Shown piece after piece: positions 1 through 9,833 of a stretch of DNA of 64,000 nucleotides. Under the pieces are notes generated by a model that saw nothing but the letters and a program-made list of their open reading frames with translations, ran no database searches and had not been told where the DNA came from. This DNA is from Abditibacterium sp. (GTDB lineage Bacteria; Armatimonadota; Abditibacteriia; Abditibacteriales; Abditibacteriaceae), in contig OZ251992.1 of NCBI GenBank assembly GCA_965246885.1, positions 3,232,001 through 3,296,000 of the forward strand. The letters run 5' to 3'. The position numbers were made by a program, and so were the translations under genes. Numbering within the stretch: position 1 is the first letter of the stretch; each line of letters opens with the position of its first letter.

Positions 1-173
1 CTCCCGCCCACCGACGCCACATAGCGGCCATCGGGCGAAAACGCCACTTGAAACGGCGAACCGAGAAGCGCCACACGCCGCGCGCGCCACGACGCCACGT
101 TCGCCAGCCCCACCCCCGCCACGAGCGGAAGTGAGGCCAGCAACGCAACCCCCTTCGATTTAAAACGAGGCAT
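1..173 (-). CDS. Partial CDS (runs off the window start), probable WD40/beta-propeller protein with N-terminal membrane anchor
   Basis: Manual translation from ATG at 173: MPRFKSKGVALLASLPLVAGVGLANVASWRARRVALLGSPFQVAFSPDGRYVASVGG; VAFSPDGRYVAS is a typical WD40 blade motif. Confidence 0.65.
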   Translation of the reverse strand, partial: MPRFKSKGVALLASLPLVAGVGLANVASWRARRVALLGSPFQVAFSPDGRYVASVGG

Positions 174-219
174 GAGAAATCAGGCAGGAAGTCTCCCTCT
201 TCCAACCCATAGACGCCGC

Positions 220-309
220 AGTTTCGTCATGCTGAGCTTGCGAAGGATCTATGGTCACTGCGCGGGTTCAGGGAGTTGAGATCCTTCGCAAGCTCAGCAT
301 GACGAAACT
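220..309. repeat. REP-like palindromic element: perfect 31-bp inverted repeat with 28-nt loop
   Basis: agtttcgtcatgctgagcttgcgaaggatct (220-250) is the exact reverse complement of 279-309; intergenic. Confidence 0.85.
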
Positions 310-356
310 ACTGCTCACCATCACGGCGCCCTCGCCTTTGTCTGCGCCTCCTCCGC

Positions 357-1601
357 TCACTTTGCCGCCAATGCCGCTTGGACGGCCTGCTCAATATGGC
401 CGCGCGGGTTCACCGCCGCAATTCTGCCGTCCTTGCCAACGACTAACAGAAACGGAATCGCTTGGACGCCATATATCTCCGGCACCGCGCTCTGCCAGCC
501 CCCACCATCGAAGACTTGCGGCCACGTTAGCTTGCGTTCTTTCAGGAACGAGGTCAGCGCCGTCTTATCCTCGTCGAGCGAGATGCCGACCACTTCCAAG
601 CCCTGCGCGTGGTATTTGGCGTAGGCCGCTTGCAGTTCGGGTAGCCCCGCGACGCACGGGCCGCACCACGTCGCCCAAAAATCAAGCAGCAGCACCTTCC
701 CCTTGTATTTCGCGGGGCTAATCGTTTGCCCGTCCAATGAGCGAACGGAAAACGGGAAGGGGTTGGCGCCCACATGGAGGCGCGCGTCGAAATTTGGGGG
801 TTCGGCAACCGGCTTCTTCTCCTGAGCCAACGTCAGCCCGGTCGCATCGAACTTAAACGTCTCGGACGCGAACAGGGGATTGAGTTGCTGCGCGGTCACG
901 CGCTCCCGGATGGTCGTCACATCCCCGACCGGGCCTGTATGAACCACTTGGACGCGGCGTAGCGTGGCATCACCCCCAAACCACAGCGTGCTTTCGGTTG
1001 AAATAACCGGCTCGCGGCCAATCATCGGGATGTAGCGGTACGTCGTCAGCATCCGCACGCCTGTCAGACTTTCCCCTCCCACGCTCCTTGTGGGAAGGAA
1101 GGAGATCGAATCGGTCAACGTCTCGATGTCCTTGGGCGCTTTGTCTTCGCGGTGGTAGGTGACGAGGTTCACCCCGCGCAGCATGGTGGCCATATAAGAG
1201 GCCGCCCTTCCCAGCGTCCAAAAGCGCAAGAAGTTCTTTTGGTGTTCGGGGTCAGCCGCATACTTCTTGTAGATGGCCGCGTGCTCATAGTAAAAGTTCG
1301 CGCCGTCGCCGACGGAAACTTCTGTCCCCGCGTCGTTCTTCTCTTCCGTGCGGAGCAGATTGGGCCGCACGTAGGAGACGGCAACGCGACTGTTGACGAC
1401 ACCATTTCTGCCGACTTCGACCACAAAGCGGATGCTCTTCGCCGCTTTATAAGTCGCTACCGCCTTATTCAACAGCGCTTGGGCAGCGGGGTCAACGGCG
1501 AGTTGGGGCGCGGCTTTGGGCATAGGCGCCGCGCCGTTTTGGGCCTGCGCCGCGACAGGGGGAAAAACCAACAAGGGCAGTAGAAGCGAGTGGAGTTTCA
1601 T
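357..1601 (-). CDS. Secreted protein: LolA/DUF2092-like N-terminal region fused to TlpA/ResA-type thioredoxin-like disulfide reductase
   Basis: Signal peptide; C-terminal GKVLLLDFWATWCGPC...YGVQAIPFLLVVGKDG TlpA motifs; N-terminal LLNKAVATYKAAKS...RPNLLRTE...VGDG pattern resembles LolA-fold proteins. Confidence 0.8.
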   Translation of the reverse strand: MKLHSLLLPLLVFPPVAAQAQNGAAPMPKAAPQLAVDPAAQALLNKAVATYKAAKSIRFVVEVGRNGVVNSRVAVSYVRPNLLRTEEKNDAGTEVSVGDGANFYYEHAAIYKKYAADPEHQKNFLRFWTLGRAASYMATMLRGVNLVTYHREDKAPKDIETLTDSISFLPTRSVGGESLTGVRMLTTYRYIPMIGREPVISTESTLWFGGDATLRRVQVVHTGPVGDVTTIRERVTAQQLNPLFASETFKFDATGLTLAQEKKPVAEPPNFDARLHVGANPFPFSVRSLDGQTISPAKYKGKVLLLDFWATWCGPCVAGLPELQAAYAKYHAQGLEVVGISLDEDKTALTSFLKERKLTWPQVFDGGGWQSAVPEIYGVQAIPFLLVVGKDGRIAAVNPRGHIEQAVQAALAAK

Positions 1602-1644
1602 GGCGAGATTTCTCGGCGTCGGGTTTACACTATTCGCGGATTAG

Positions 1645-1998
1645 TCAACGCCTTGCGGCGCGCAGCTTAGCGGCGAGGGAAGAGAACGCCATTGCGCTCG
1701 AATCGGGGGCGCGTTCGATGCGGGATTGCCACAAGAACTTGCCCGTTGGCGTGGTGAGCGAGGCGCTCCCGGAAAAGCCGCCGCGCGCCGTGCCTTCGCC
1801 TTTGGAGCGTAAGATAGCGTCGGCACCCGTGCGGGAACGGACGAAGCGCAACCCCAAAGCGCGCATTTCCCGGCGCAGATTGGCGTTGAAACCGGCGTCG
1901 CCGCGTCCGCCGCCATCGTAAACGGTGCGCACCTCTTTGACGGACGCGACAGGGCGTCCGCAAGCGAGGCCAGCCGCCAAAAGAAGCGGATATTTCAT
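1645..1998 (-). CDS. Small secreted hypothetical protein
   Basis: ATG start, hydrophobic N-terminus with LAC (possible lipobox), fills the gap divergent from Sua5. Confidence 0.6.
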   Translation of the reverse strand: MKYPLLLAAGLACGRPVASVKEVRTVYDGGGRGDAGFNANLRREMRALGLRFVRSRTGADAILRSKGEGTARGGFSGSASLTTPTGKFLWQSRIERAPDSSAMAFSSLAAKLRAARR

Positions 1999-2037
1999 GC
2001 TCTGTCGGACGTCTGACAGCCTCCGACGTGCCCGCCG

Positions 2038-3015
2038 ATGCCCCTCTACGCCCCAACGCCCGAAAACATCGTACTCGCCGCCCGCCGCTTGGAGGAGGGG
2101 GAGTTAGTCGCGTTTCCAACGGAAACGGTCTACGGCTTGGGCGCCAACGCGCTTGACGCCGAAGCCGTCGCGCGCATCTACGCCGCTAAAGGCAGACCCG
2201 CTTACAACCCGCTCATTGTGCATATCGCGTCCGAGAAAGCCGCCTTGGAGCTTGTGTTTGCGTGGCCCGACATGGCGAAACGGCTCGCGCGGCAGTTCTG
2301 GCCGGGGCCGCTCACTCTCGTTGTCGAGCGCGCGCCCGATGTTCCCGCCATTGTCTCGGCAGGGCTTTCAACCATCGCCCTGCGCGTGCCCGCGCATCCG
2401 GTCGCGCTTGAACTGTTGCGAGCGACCGGCTTTCCCCTTGCGGCTCCTTCGGCGAACCAGAGCGGGCAAGTGTCGCCCTCGCGCGCGGGGCACGTTATTG
2501 ACTCGCTCGGCGAGCAAACGTGGGTGCTCGATGGCGGCGCGTGCGAGGTTGGCATCGAATCAACAGTAGTGGATGTCTCCGGCGGAGGTGCGGCCATTTT
2601 GCGACCCGGAACCATCAGCGCGCGGCAAATCGAGGCCGTCATCGGGCCACTTGCAACCCCCGGCGCGACCGACGGCGACGCGCCGCGACCATCGCCGGGG
2701 ATGTTGGAAAAACACTACGCGCCCCGCGCTAAAGTTCATCTTTATTCCACCTTGATAGACGCCTCCTTTCACGCTGCCCTGCTCGCGTCGGGCCAGCCCA
2801 TCGGCGTGTTGGCGCTTAACCCGACCGAACTCGCGCGCCAGTTCGAGACGCACGAAATCGAAATGCCCGCCGCCCCCGCCGACTACGCCCGCGAACTGTA
2901 TCGGGCGCTACGCGAACTGGACGCGCGCGGTGTCGCCCTGATTTTAGTGGAAGACGTGCCGGTGATGGGGGCATGGGCCGGGGTGCGCGACCGCTTGGCG
3001 CGCGCCGCAAAATAA
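2038..3015 (+). CDS. sua5: L-threonylcarbamoyladenylate synthase, Sua5 (TsaC2) type
   Basis: VAFPTETVYGLGA, KGRP..NPLIVH, FWPGPLT, APSAN, GIESTVVD, SPGML.KHYAP motifs plus C-terminal Sua5 domain. Confidence 0.96.
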   Translation: MPLYAPTPENIVLAARRLEEGELVAFPTETVYGLGANALDAEAVARIYAAKGRPAYNPLIVHIASEKAALELVFAWPDMAKRLARQFWPGPLTLVVERAPDVPAIVSAGLSTIALRVPAHPVALELLRATGFPLAAPSANQSGQVSPSRAGHVIDSLGEQTWVLDGGACEVGIESTVVDVSGGGAAILRPGTISARQIEAVIGPLATPGATDGDAPRPSPGMLEKHYAPRAKVHLYSTLIDASFHAALLASGQPIGVLALNPTELARQFETHEIEMPAAPADYARELYRALRELDARGVALILVEDVPVMGAWAGVRDRLARAAK

Positions 3016-3141
3016 GACGTCTGTCACGCGCTGACACACATGCGCCATTCATCGGCGCGCGTGCGCCATTCGTCCGCGCGCGTGCGTCACTCATCCGCAA
3101 ACGTCTGTCATCGCGCGACACACGTCCCAGATTATTCCCGA
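3016..3141. repeat. Degenerate 21-bp tandem array A (5-6 units)
   Basis: gacgtctgtcacgcgctgaca / cacatgcgccattcatcggcg / cgcgtgcgccattcgtccgcg / cgcgtgcgtcactcatccgca / aacgtctgtcatcgcgcgaca / cacgtcccagattattcccga; begins directly after the Sua5 stop. Confidence 0.75.
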
Positions 3142-3210
3142 ATCGCACCGCACCCACGCGCCGCCCGATCGTTAGAAAGGAGCGGCGTCCGTTTTGCCGC
3201 CGTGTATTTT

Positions 3211-5511
3211 ATGCCCGATTTGACATCAGCTCCTGACACCACCACTTTAAAACCACTTCCCGACGCCGTAGAAACTATACTTGGCACCGTTGGCATTAAT
3301 GGCGACCGCGTTCTCCAATTACAAACCGACTTAGACGCCAAAGGGCAATACGGCGAACGCTACTTAGTTGCTACCCCCCAAAAGTTAGTTGTTGTCCAAA
3401 ATAACGGCTCCGCGAAGATAGAGCGCGAACTGCCGTTAACCGATATTGCGTCCGTTGAATCAAAAGGGTTGTCGGGCGCTTCCACGCTTGAGATCAGGCT
3501 CAAAACGCAAGGTGGCGAGCAGGCCGTTGAGATCTTGCGCGGGTCGGGTTCCAAGGCGCGCGAACTCAGTCACGTCGCAAGACAGTTAACGCACTTGCGC
3601 GATCACGGCACGCTCCCCGACGAGCGTGAAGACGCCAAATCGAAGCGCCGCGAGTGCCCCAAATGCGGCAGGCCCTTGCCTTGGGATTCCGACGTGTGCG
3701 CCTTTTGCGTTGACAGATTGGGCGCCATCAAGCGCTTGTACGGCTACATGCTGCCCTATAAGTGGCTGGCCGTGCAATCTATGCTGCTCAACGTCGGCTC
3801 CGTTGCGCTGTCGTTCGTGCCCAACTTGGCGACAAAGGCGTTGGTTGACCGCGTTTTTCCGCCTTCGGTGCAACACGGCGCGCAGGCGGCGGCGGTTGCG
3901 GCGGCTAACGGTAGTTCCCGCGTCATTCTGGCCGAGCTTATCGGATTGATCCTGCTGGCGTCGCTCCTGACTTCGATCGGCGCCGTCATGCGGGCGCGCC
4001 TCGCGGCCTTTCTGGGAGCTTACGTCCTCCACGACGTGCGCGCCCAGTTATATACCCACTTGCAGCGCCTCAGCGTTTCGTACTACGACAAACGCGAGGT
4101 GGGCGCCGTCATGAGTCGCGTGCAAAACGACGTCGGCGCTCTCCAAAACTTCCTATTGGACACCGCCGAAAACACGGTTATCTCGACGCTTACCATCATC
4201 TGCGTCGTGACCATCCTCTTTCTCAACTCGCCCATCTTAGCCGTGCTGGTGCTGTTGCCCACGCCGTTCGTGGTTGTTGGCACGCAGCGCTACTGGAAAG
4301 GACTTTTGAAGTTGTGGCGCCGCGTGTGGCACCAGAACTCCAGTTTGGGCGCGGGGCTGGCCGACGCTTTGGGCGGCGTGCGCGTCGTGCGCGCGTTTGG
4401 CGCCGAAGAGCGCGAGGTAGACCGTTTCAGTGGGCGCTCGGCCACGCTGCGTGACGCGACGATGAACGTCGAATCGCGCGCCGCCGCTTTTTATCCTGTG
4501 ATGGGCTTCATCATGGGGCTGGGCTTTCCCATCGTGTGGTTCTTCGGCGGCACACTTGTCTTGGGCGGACAATTATCTTTTGGCACGCTCATCCTCTTTA
4601 TCGGCTTGCTTGGCCGACTGTATGACCCCATCCAACAACTGACGCGCCAAACCAATGCCATTACCCGCTCGATGACCGCCGCTGAGCGTGTCTTCGAGGT
4701 GCTCGACACCGACCCCGAAGTCCAAGAAGCGCGCGCCGCCGTCGCATTGAAGGAAGTGCGCGGCGAAGTCGAGTTCGACCACGTGTCTTTTGGTTATGAG
4801 AAGCACCGCCCTGTCCTGAACGACGTCTCGCTTAAAGTCGAGGCGGGAGAAATGATCGGCTTAGTGGGACATTCGGGCGCGGGCAAGTCCACGCTTATCA
4901 ACTTGCTCTTGCGTTTCTACGACGTGACGGACGGCGCCTTGAAGATAGACGGCATTGACATCCGCGACATCAAGCGCGACGACCTGCGCGCCAACGTCGG
5001 CGTGGTGTTGCAGGAGTCGTATCTGTTTCACGGCTCCATTTACAGCAACATCGCCTATGGGCGCCCCGACGCCAGTCCCGGCGAGGTTATCGAAGCCGCG
5101 CGCGCCGCACACGCCCACGACTTTATCGCCTCGTTCCCCGACGGCTACGATACACTTGTCGGTGAGCGCGGAACGCGCTTGAGCGGCGGTGAGCGGCAAC
5201 GCATTGCCATCGCCCGCGCCATCCTCCACGCCCCCAAAATCCTCATCCTCGACGAAGCGACCGCCAGCGTGGACACCGGAACCGAGCAGTCCATCCAGAA
5301 CGCCCTGCTCAACCTCACGGCGGGCCGGACAACCTTTGCCATCGCGCACCGCTTGTCCACGCTGCGCAACGCCAGCCGCTTGGTGGTCATAGACAACGGC
5401 AAAATCGCCGAAATCGGCACTCACGACGAACTCATGGAACGGCGCGGCGTTTTCTTCAAACTGGTGCAGGCGCAGCAAAGTATGAACGAAATCGTGCACA
5501 TCGCGGGGTGA
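3211..5511 (+). CDS. ABC exporter (TMD+NBD fusion) with N-terminal cytoplasmic extension and CxxC...CxxC zinc ribbon
   Basis: Walker A GHSGAGKS, LSGGERQR signature, ILILDEATA, AHRLST; CPKC...CAFC before the TMD; start moved to ATG 3211 because the longer ORF runs through array A. Confidence 0.93.
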   Translation: MPDLTSAPDTTTLKPLPDAVETILGTVGINGDRVLQLQTDLDAKGQYGERYLVATPQKLVVVQNNGSAKIERELPLTDIASVESKGLSGASTLEIRLKTQGGEQAVEILRGSGSKARELSHVARQLTHLRDHGTLPDEREDAKSKRRECPKCGRPLPWDSDVCAFCVDRLGAIKRLYGYMLPYKWLAVQSMLLNVGSVALSFVPNLATKALVDRVFPPSVQHGAQAAAVAAANGSSRVILAELIGLILLASLLTSIGAVMRARLAAFLGAYVLHDVRAQLYTHLQRLSVSYYDKREVGAVMSRVQNDVGALQNFLLDTAENTVISTLTIICVVTILFLNSPILAVLVLLPTPFVVVGTQRYWKGLLKLWRRVWHQNSSLGAGLADALGGVRVVRAFGAEEREVDRFSGRSATLRDATMNVESRAAAFYPVMGFIMGLGFPIVWFFGGTLVLGGQLSFGTLILFIGLLGRLYDPIQQLTRQTNAITRSMTAAERVFEVLDTDPEVQEARAAVALKEVRGEVEFDHVSFGYEKHRPVLNDVSLKVEAGEMIGLVGHSGAGKSTLINLLLRFYDVTDGALKIDGIDIRDIKRDDLRANVGVVLQESYLFHGSIYSNIAYGRPDASPGEVIEAARAAHAHDFIASFPDGYDTLVGERGTRLSGGERQRIAIARAILHAPKILILDEATASVDTGTEQSIQNALLNLTAGRTTFAIAHRLSTLRNASRLVVIDNGKIAEIGTHDELMERRGVFFKLVQAQQSMNEIVHIAG

Positions 5512-5559
5512 CGGACAAAGGCAGGGAACATTTCTCCTGCCCGCGTTGTCCAACGTCCG

Positions 5560-7770
5560 ATGAAATCACCATTCCTCGTGCTTTTGGGCGGCGCCTTGCT
5601 GCTGTCCGTTCCCGCTTCGGCGCAGTTTGGCAACGCAACGAACGACGCTGCGCTCGATGTGCGGCCCCTTCCGCCCACAAAAGCGCCGCCGCTTCGCGGG
5701 CAGCTAACTTACCCCAATAACTCCGCGTTGCCCTTGCAAAATGTGGTGCTGTTTTCGAGTGGCGTGGGGTATTTCGGGCGGTCGGGCGAGGTGGACGGCG
5801 ACGCGAGCGTGGATTTACTCGTGCGGGCGCCGCAGTTGTCGGACATTTTGAAATCGCTCGTGTTGTTTGATCCCAAGGGGCATGTAGACCCGGTGACGTA
5901 TTCTATACAGGACTACATCGGCGCGCGCGCGACTTCGACGGACTTGAACATAGACCCGAACGCCTCACCGGGCGGCATCCTGCGCTTGCTGCAAGGCGCG
6001 CTGGTGCGCGTGGAGCGGGCGTCAGGCACAATCGAAGGGCGCGTCGTGTCGGTCTCGACACAGCAAATCAAGGACGGCGAGACGTTGCGCACCGTCGAGT
6101 CGGCGACGTTCCTGACGAAAACGGGACTTGTCACCATCCGCTTGGACGACGTGCTGAGTTTCACGCCGCTCGACCGGGGGCTGGCGGACAAGTTCGCCGC
6201 CAGTCTCGAAAAGCGCGGCAACGGGCTGACGCAAGGCTTGGACGACGGCGTGCGACCCGTCACGCTGCACTTTCGGGGGCGCGGCAGGCGGGCGGTGCGC
6301 GCGGGGTATCTGCTTGAAACGCCCGCGTGGAAGACGAGCTACCGCCTCGTGCTGGAGCCGAAGCAGAAACCGTATCTGCAAGGCTGGGCCGTTGTGGAGA
6401 ACCCCGGCGACGAGGATTGGCAGGGCGTGAACCTGTCGCTCGTGTCGGGGCGCCCCGTGTCGTTCATCGAAGACTTGGCCACGCCCGTTTACATCGTGCG
6501 CCCAGTCGTGCAGCCGCAAATCATCGGCTCCGCCACCCCGCAAACGTTCGGCGCGGGGTATGGGGGGACGAACGAGGCGTTGAATTTAAAGAACTTGAGC
6601 GCGACGCTGGGGCGGCAAAGAGTGGCCTCCTCTCCCATAGCACGCGGTGAATTGGGCTTCTATCCGAGTACCGACATATATAAAAACTCCGGCTCTATGA
6701 ACGCCCCTGCCTCCGCCCTCGCGCCCGAACTGGCCGATGCCGCAGGCGCCACGAAAGCGTTGACACTCGAAGGCAAGGTGGACGCGCAAGCGACTGGGGC
6801 GGAGCGCGGCAACTTGTTCGTTTACGCCATTGATTCCAAGGTGTCCATCCCGCACGGGCAGGCGGCGATGGTGCCGATTCTGAGCGAAGACGTGGACGGC
6901 GAAGCGATTTCCATCGTGCAAAGCGACAACGAAGTCCACGCCCTCGACGCGCAGAACGGCTTCCAACTGCGCAACCGGGGCGACCTCAATCTGCAAGGCG
7001 GGCCGATTGCGGTGTATGCCGACGGCATCTACGGCGGCGACGCGCAGATTAGTAACGTCTCCCCCGGCGAGTCGCGCCTCATCGCCTACGCCGTTGACCT
7101 CGACCTCGTGTCGCGCTTGGAAAGCTCCGAGCAAGGCGAAGAAATCACCGCCATCGCCCCCACCGGCGGCGCGCTCCAAGTCACCAAGCGCCTCACGCGC
7201 GTGCAAACCTACGCATTCCGCAACAAGTCGGGCGTCGCCAAGACGGTGCTTTTGCAACAACCGAACGAGGATAGCTGGAAGTTGGTGGACGCCAAGCAAC
7301 TGTATGAGAAGTCCAACGACGGACTGCGCTTTCGCACCGTCGTGCCGCCCAAAAAGAGTGTGAACTACGTTCTTAAGTGGGAGTTGCCGCAGGTGGAAGT
7401 CGTGGCATTGCGCGACCTCAACCCCGACCAGATCGGCTTCTACGTCGTGCAGAAGCGGCTCGCGCCGGAACTGAAAGTGCAACTGCTGGCGATTATCGCC
7501 CTCAAGAAGCGCGCCAACGACCTCGAAGCGCAGCGTCAGGCGCAGGTCAACACGCTTGCGGGGATCACCGCCGACCAGACGCGCATCCGCGAGAACCTCA
7601 AGGCGCTCGATAAGGGCTCGGCGCTGTACAAGACCTACGAGGGGAAATTGATGGCGCAGGAAACGCAAGTTGACCGCGTGCAAGCCGAGATAGACCGCTT
7701 GGCGACCGCCACGAACGCCGCGCGGCAGGCGGTGGCGGACGCGATTGCCAACTTGGGAGCGGGGAAGTAG
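5560..7770 (+). CDS. Secreted DUF4139-like protein with C-terminal coiled coil
   Basis: Signal peptide; VVLFSSGVGYF, AWKTSYRL, LQGWAVVEN..EDW.GV.LSLVSGRP motifs; helical tail DQTRIRENLKAL. Confidence 0.8.
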   Translation: MKSPFLVLLGGALLLSVPASAQFGNATNDAALDVRPLPPTKAPPLRGQLTYPNNSALPLQNVVLFSSGVGYFGRSGEVDGDASVDLLVRAPQLSDILKSLVLFDPKGHVDPVTYSIQDYIGARATSTDLNIDPNASPGGILRLLQGALVRVERASGTIEGRVVSVSTQQIKDGETLRTVESATFLTKTGLVTIRLDDVLSFTPLDRGLADKFAASLEKRGNGLTQGLDDGVRPVTLHFRGRGRRAVRAGYLLETPAWKTSYRLVLEPKQKPYLQGWAVVENPGDEDWQGVNLSLVSGRPVSFIEDLATPVYIVRPVVQPQIIGSATPQTFGAGYGGTNEALNLKNLSATLGRQRVASSPIARGELGFYPSTDIYKNSGSMNAPASALAPELADAAGATKALTLEGKVDAQATGAERGNLFVYAIDSKVSIPHGQAAMVPILSEDVDGEAISIVQSDNEVHALDAQNGFQLRNRGDLNLQGGPIAVYADGIYGGDAQISNVSPGESRLIAYAVDLDLVSRLESSEQGEEITAIAPTGGALQVTKRLTRVQTYAFRNKSGVAKTVLLQQPNEDSWKLVDAKQLYEKSNDGLRFRTVVPPKKSVNYVLKWELPQVEVVALRDLNPDQIGFYVVQKRLAPELKVQLLAIIALKKRANDLEAQRQAQVNTLAGITADQTRIRENLKALDKGSALYKTYEGKLMAQETQVDRVQAEIDRLATATNAARQAVADAIANLGAGK

Positions 7771-7793
7771 CGGGCCGCGCGGCGGCGGGCGTG

Positions 7794-7904
7794 GTGTCCG
7801 GCAGGACACTTGGCGTAGCCGGATGCCGGTGATTTTATATCACCGAACGAGGGTATGAAACCCCCGGCATCCGGGCGCAAGCGCCCAAGCGTCCTGCCGG
7901 ACGC
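7794..7904. repeat. Nested palindromic element (branched stem-loop) between the DUF4139-like gene and purH
   Basis: gtgtccggcaggacacttgg pairs with ccaagcgtcctgccggacgc; inner ccggatgccgg/ccggcatccgg; two small hairpins in the loop. Confidence 0.65.
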
Positions 7905-7935
7905 GGCTCCCCATCCGGCGTCACACTCCCTCTCC

Positions 7936-9474
7936 ATGAAACGCGCGCTGCTTTCGGTTTCCAACAAGAACTCGCTCGCCCCCTTCGCGTCGGCCCTCGC
8001 GGAACTGGGCTTCCAACTGCTTTCGACGGGCGGGACGGCCCGCACCCTGCGCGAAGCGGGGATTCCCGTCACGGATGTCGCCGATGTGACCGGCTTCCCC
8101 GAAATGATGGACGGGCGCGTGAAGACGCTCCACCCCGCCATTCACGGCGGCTTGCTCGCGCTCCGCGATAACCCGGAGCACCTGCGCGCCCTCGAAGCGC
8201 AAGGGATTGCGCCGATAGATTTGGTGTGCGTGAACCTGTATCCCTTCGAGAACACCGTCGCGCGACCGGGGGTTTCGCTCGGCGAAGCCATCGAAAACAT
8301 AGACATCGGCGGGCCTTCGATGGTGCGTAGCGCGGCGAAGAACTACCAATCGGTGACGGTGGTAGTTGACCCCGCCGACTACGACGCGGTGCTCGCGGAG
8401 CTACGCGCGGGCGACACGACACTTGAAACGCGCAAGCGTTTGGCGGTCAAGGCCTTCGCGCACACGTCGGCGTATGACGGGGCGATTACGACTTACCTCA
8501 GTGGGCAAACGCTGCCCGCATCGCTGCGCTTGTCGTTCGAGAAAGAAGCGGACTTGCGCTACGGCGAGAACCCGCACCAAGCGGGCGCATTTTACGCACA
8601 ACAAAGCGCCGCGCCGGGAACGCTCGCGCGGGCAGTGCAACTGTCGGGAATCGCGCTGTCGTTCGTCAATCTGTTCGACCTCGACGGCGCTTGGAACTTG
8701 GTCTGCGAGTTCGAGGAAGCCGCCGCATGCATTGTGAAGCACGCCAACCCGTGCGGGTGCGCCGTCGCGGGTACGCTGGCGGACGCCTTCAGTGCGGCGC
8801 GCGACGCCGACCCGGTTTCGCGCTTTGGCGGCATCATCGCCTGCAACCGCCGCGTGGATGCGGCGACTGCCGAGGAGATTATTGTGAAGGGCAGCCTCTA
8901 CCACGCCATTATCGCGCCCGGTTACGACGGCGACGCGCTCGAACTGCTGCGCGGTCGCTCCGGTTGGGGCGCCGACTTGCGCATCTTGGACGCCGGAACC
9001 CTGCTTCCGCGAACCCCGTCGCTCGACTGGAAGCGCGTGTCGGGCGGGTTGCTGGTGCAAGACGCCGACCGGCACGAGCTAAGCGACGCCGACTTGCGCA
9101 CCGTCACCGAGCGGGCGCCCTCGTCGGAAGAGTTGGCGGATTTGCGCTTCGCGTGGCAGTGCGTCAAACATCTCAAGTCCAATGCCATCGCGGTAGCCAA
9201 GGGCGGGAGCCTCATCGGGGCGGGCGCGGGCCAAATGAACCGCGTTTCGAGCGTGAAATTGGCACTCGAACAAGCGGGCGACAACGCGCAAGGCGCAGTT
9301 TTGGCGTCCGATGCGTTCTTCCCCTTCGACGACGGGCCGAAATTGGCGCTGGAGGCGGGCGTGCGCGCCTTCATCCAACCCGGCGGCTCGAACCGCGACG
9401 CCGATTCCATCGCGGCTTGCAATGAACGCGGCGCCGTGATGGTCTTTACTGGCGTGCGGCACTTTAAGCACTAA
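7936..9474 (+). CDS. purH: Bifunctional AICAR transformylase/IMP cyclohydrolase
   Basis: MKRALLSVSNK, GRVKTLHP, ENIDIGGPSMVRSAAKN, LRYGENPHQ, SDAFFPF, FTGVRHFKH. Confidence 0.98.
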   Translation: MKRALLSVSNKNSLAPFASALAELGFQLLSTGGTARTLREAGIPVTDVADVTGFPEMMDGRVKTLHPAIHGGLLALRDNPEHLRALEAQGIAPIDLVCVNLYPFENTVARPGVSLGEAIENIDIGGPSMVRSAAKNYQSVTVVVDPADYDAVLAELRAGDTTLETRKRLAVKAFAHTSAYDGAITTYLSGQTLPASLRLSFEKEADLRYGENPHQAGAFYAQQSAAPGTLARAVQLSGIALSFVNLFDLDGAWNLVCEFEEAAACIVKHANPCGCAVAGTLADAFSAARDADPVSRFGGIIACNRRVDAATAEEIIVKGSLYHAIIAPGYDGDALELLRGRSGWGADLRILDAGTLLPRTPSLDWKRVSGGLLVQDADRHELSDADLRTVTERAPSSEELADLRFAWQCVKHLKSNAIAVAKGGSLIGAGAGQMNRVSSVKLALEQAGDNAQGAVLASDAFFPFDDGPKLALEAGVRAFIQPGGSNRDADSIAACNERGAVMVFTGVRHFKH

Positions 9475-9830
9475 ACCAAGCGGATGTAAAACAAGAACGC
9501 CATCGTCGCCGCCCACACGCCCAGCCCGCCCGTTAGGAAGCAACGGGCGGCGCGGCCTGCAAAGGGCAGACGCTTCGCCCACAACAGTTTGAGGAACGGC
9601 AGCGAGAGGGGAATGGGCGCGAGCAAGAGGTCGAACGCGGCGCTGACGGCGGGTGTTCCGCAGGGCATGCCAATGGTTCGGAGGCACACGTTCAGCGTGC
9701 CGTAGCAAAGATAGACGAGCGCGGCGGAGCAAACGAAGACGAGCGCGCAGACGAGCCACAGGCCGACGTTGGCGGCGTTGTCTTCGGCGGCGATTGGTTT
9801 GCCATACGGCAGGGCGATGGGGTGTTCCAT
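9471..9830 (-). CDS. Small membrane protein (about 3 TM), hypothetical
   Basis: Three hydrophobic stretches; starts 3 nt after the DUF1854-like stop on the same strand. Confidence 0.6.
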   Translation of the reverse strand: MEHPIALPYGKPIAAEDNAANVGLWLVCALVFVCSAALVYLCYGTLNVCLRTIGMPCGTPAVSAAFDLLLAPIPLSLPFLKLLWAKRLPFAGRAARCFLTGGLGVWAATMAFLFYIRLV

Positions 9831-9833
9831 GCG

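Noticed and set aside
3040..3210. RHSSARV heptad extension on the ABC transporter
   Set aside because: Translation of 21-bp array A; ATG 3211 is the more plausible start, though not proven
5512..5558. Imperfect hairpin between the ABC exporter and DUF4139-like genes
   Set aside because: Short, interrupted and without a U-tract; not distinguishable from chance at this GC content
7771..7935. ZTP (pfl) riboswitch before purH
   Set aside because: Consensus elements not found by eye, and purH appears leaderless; kept only as an unexplained structure
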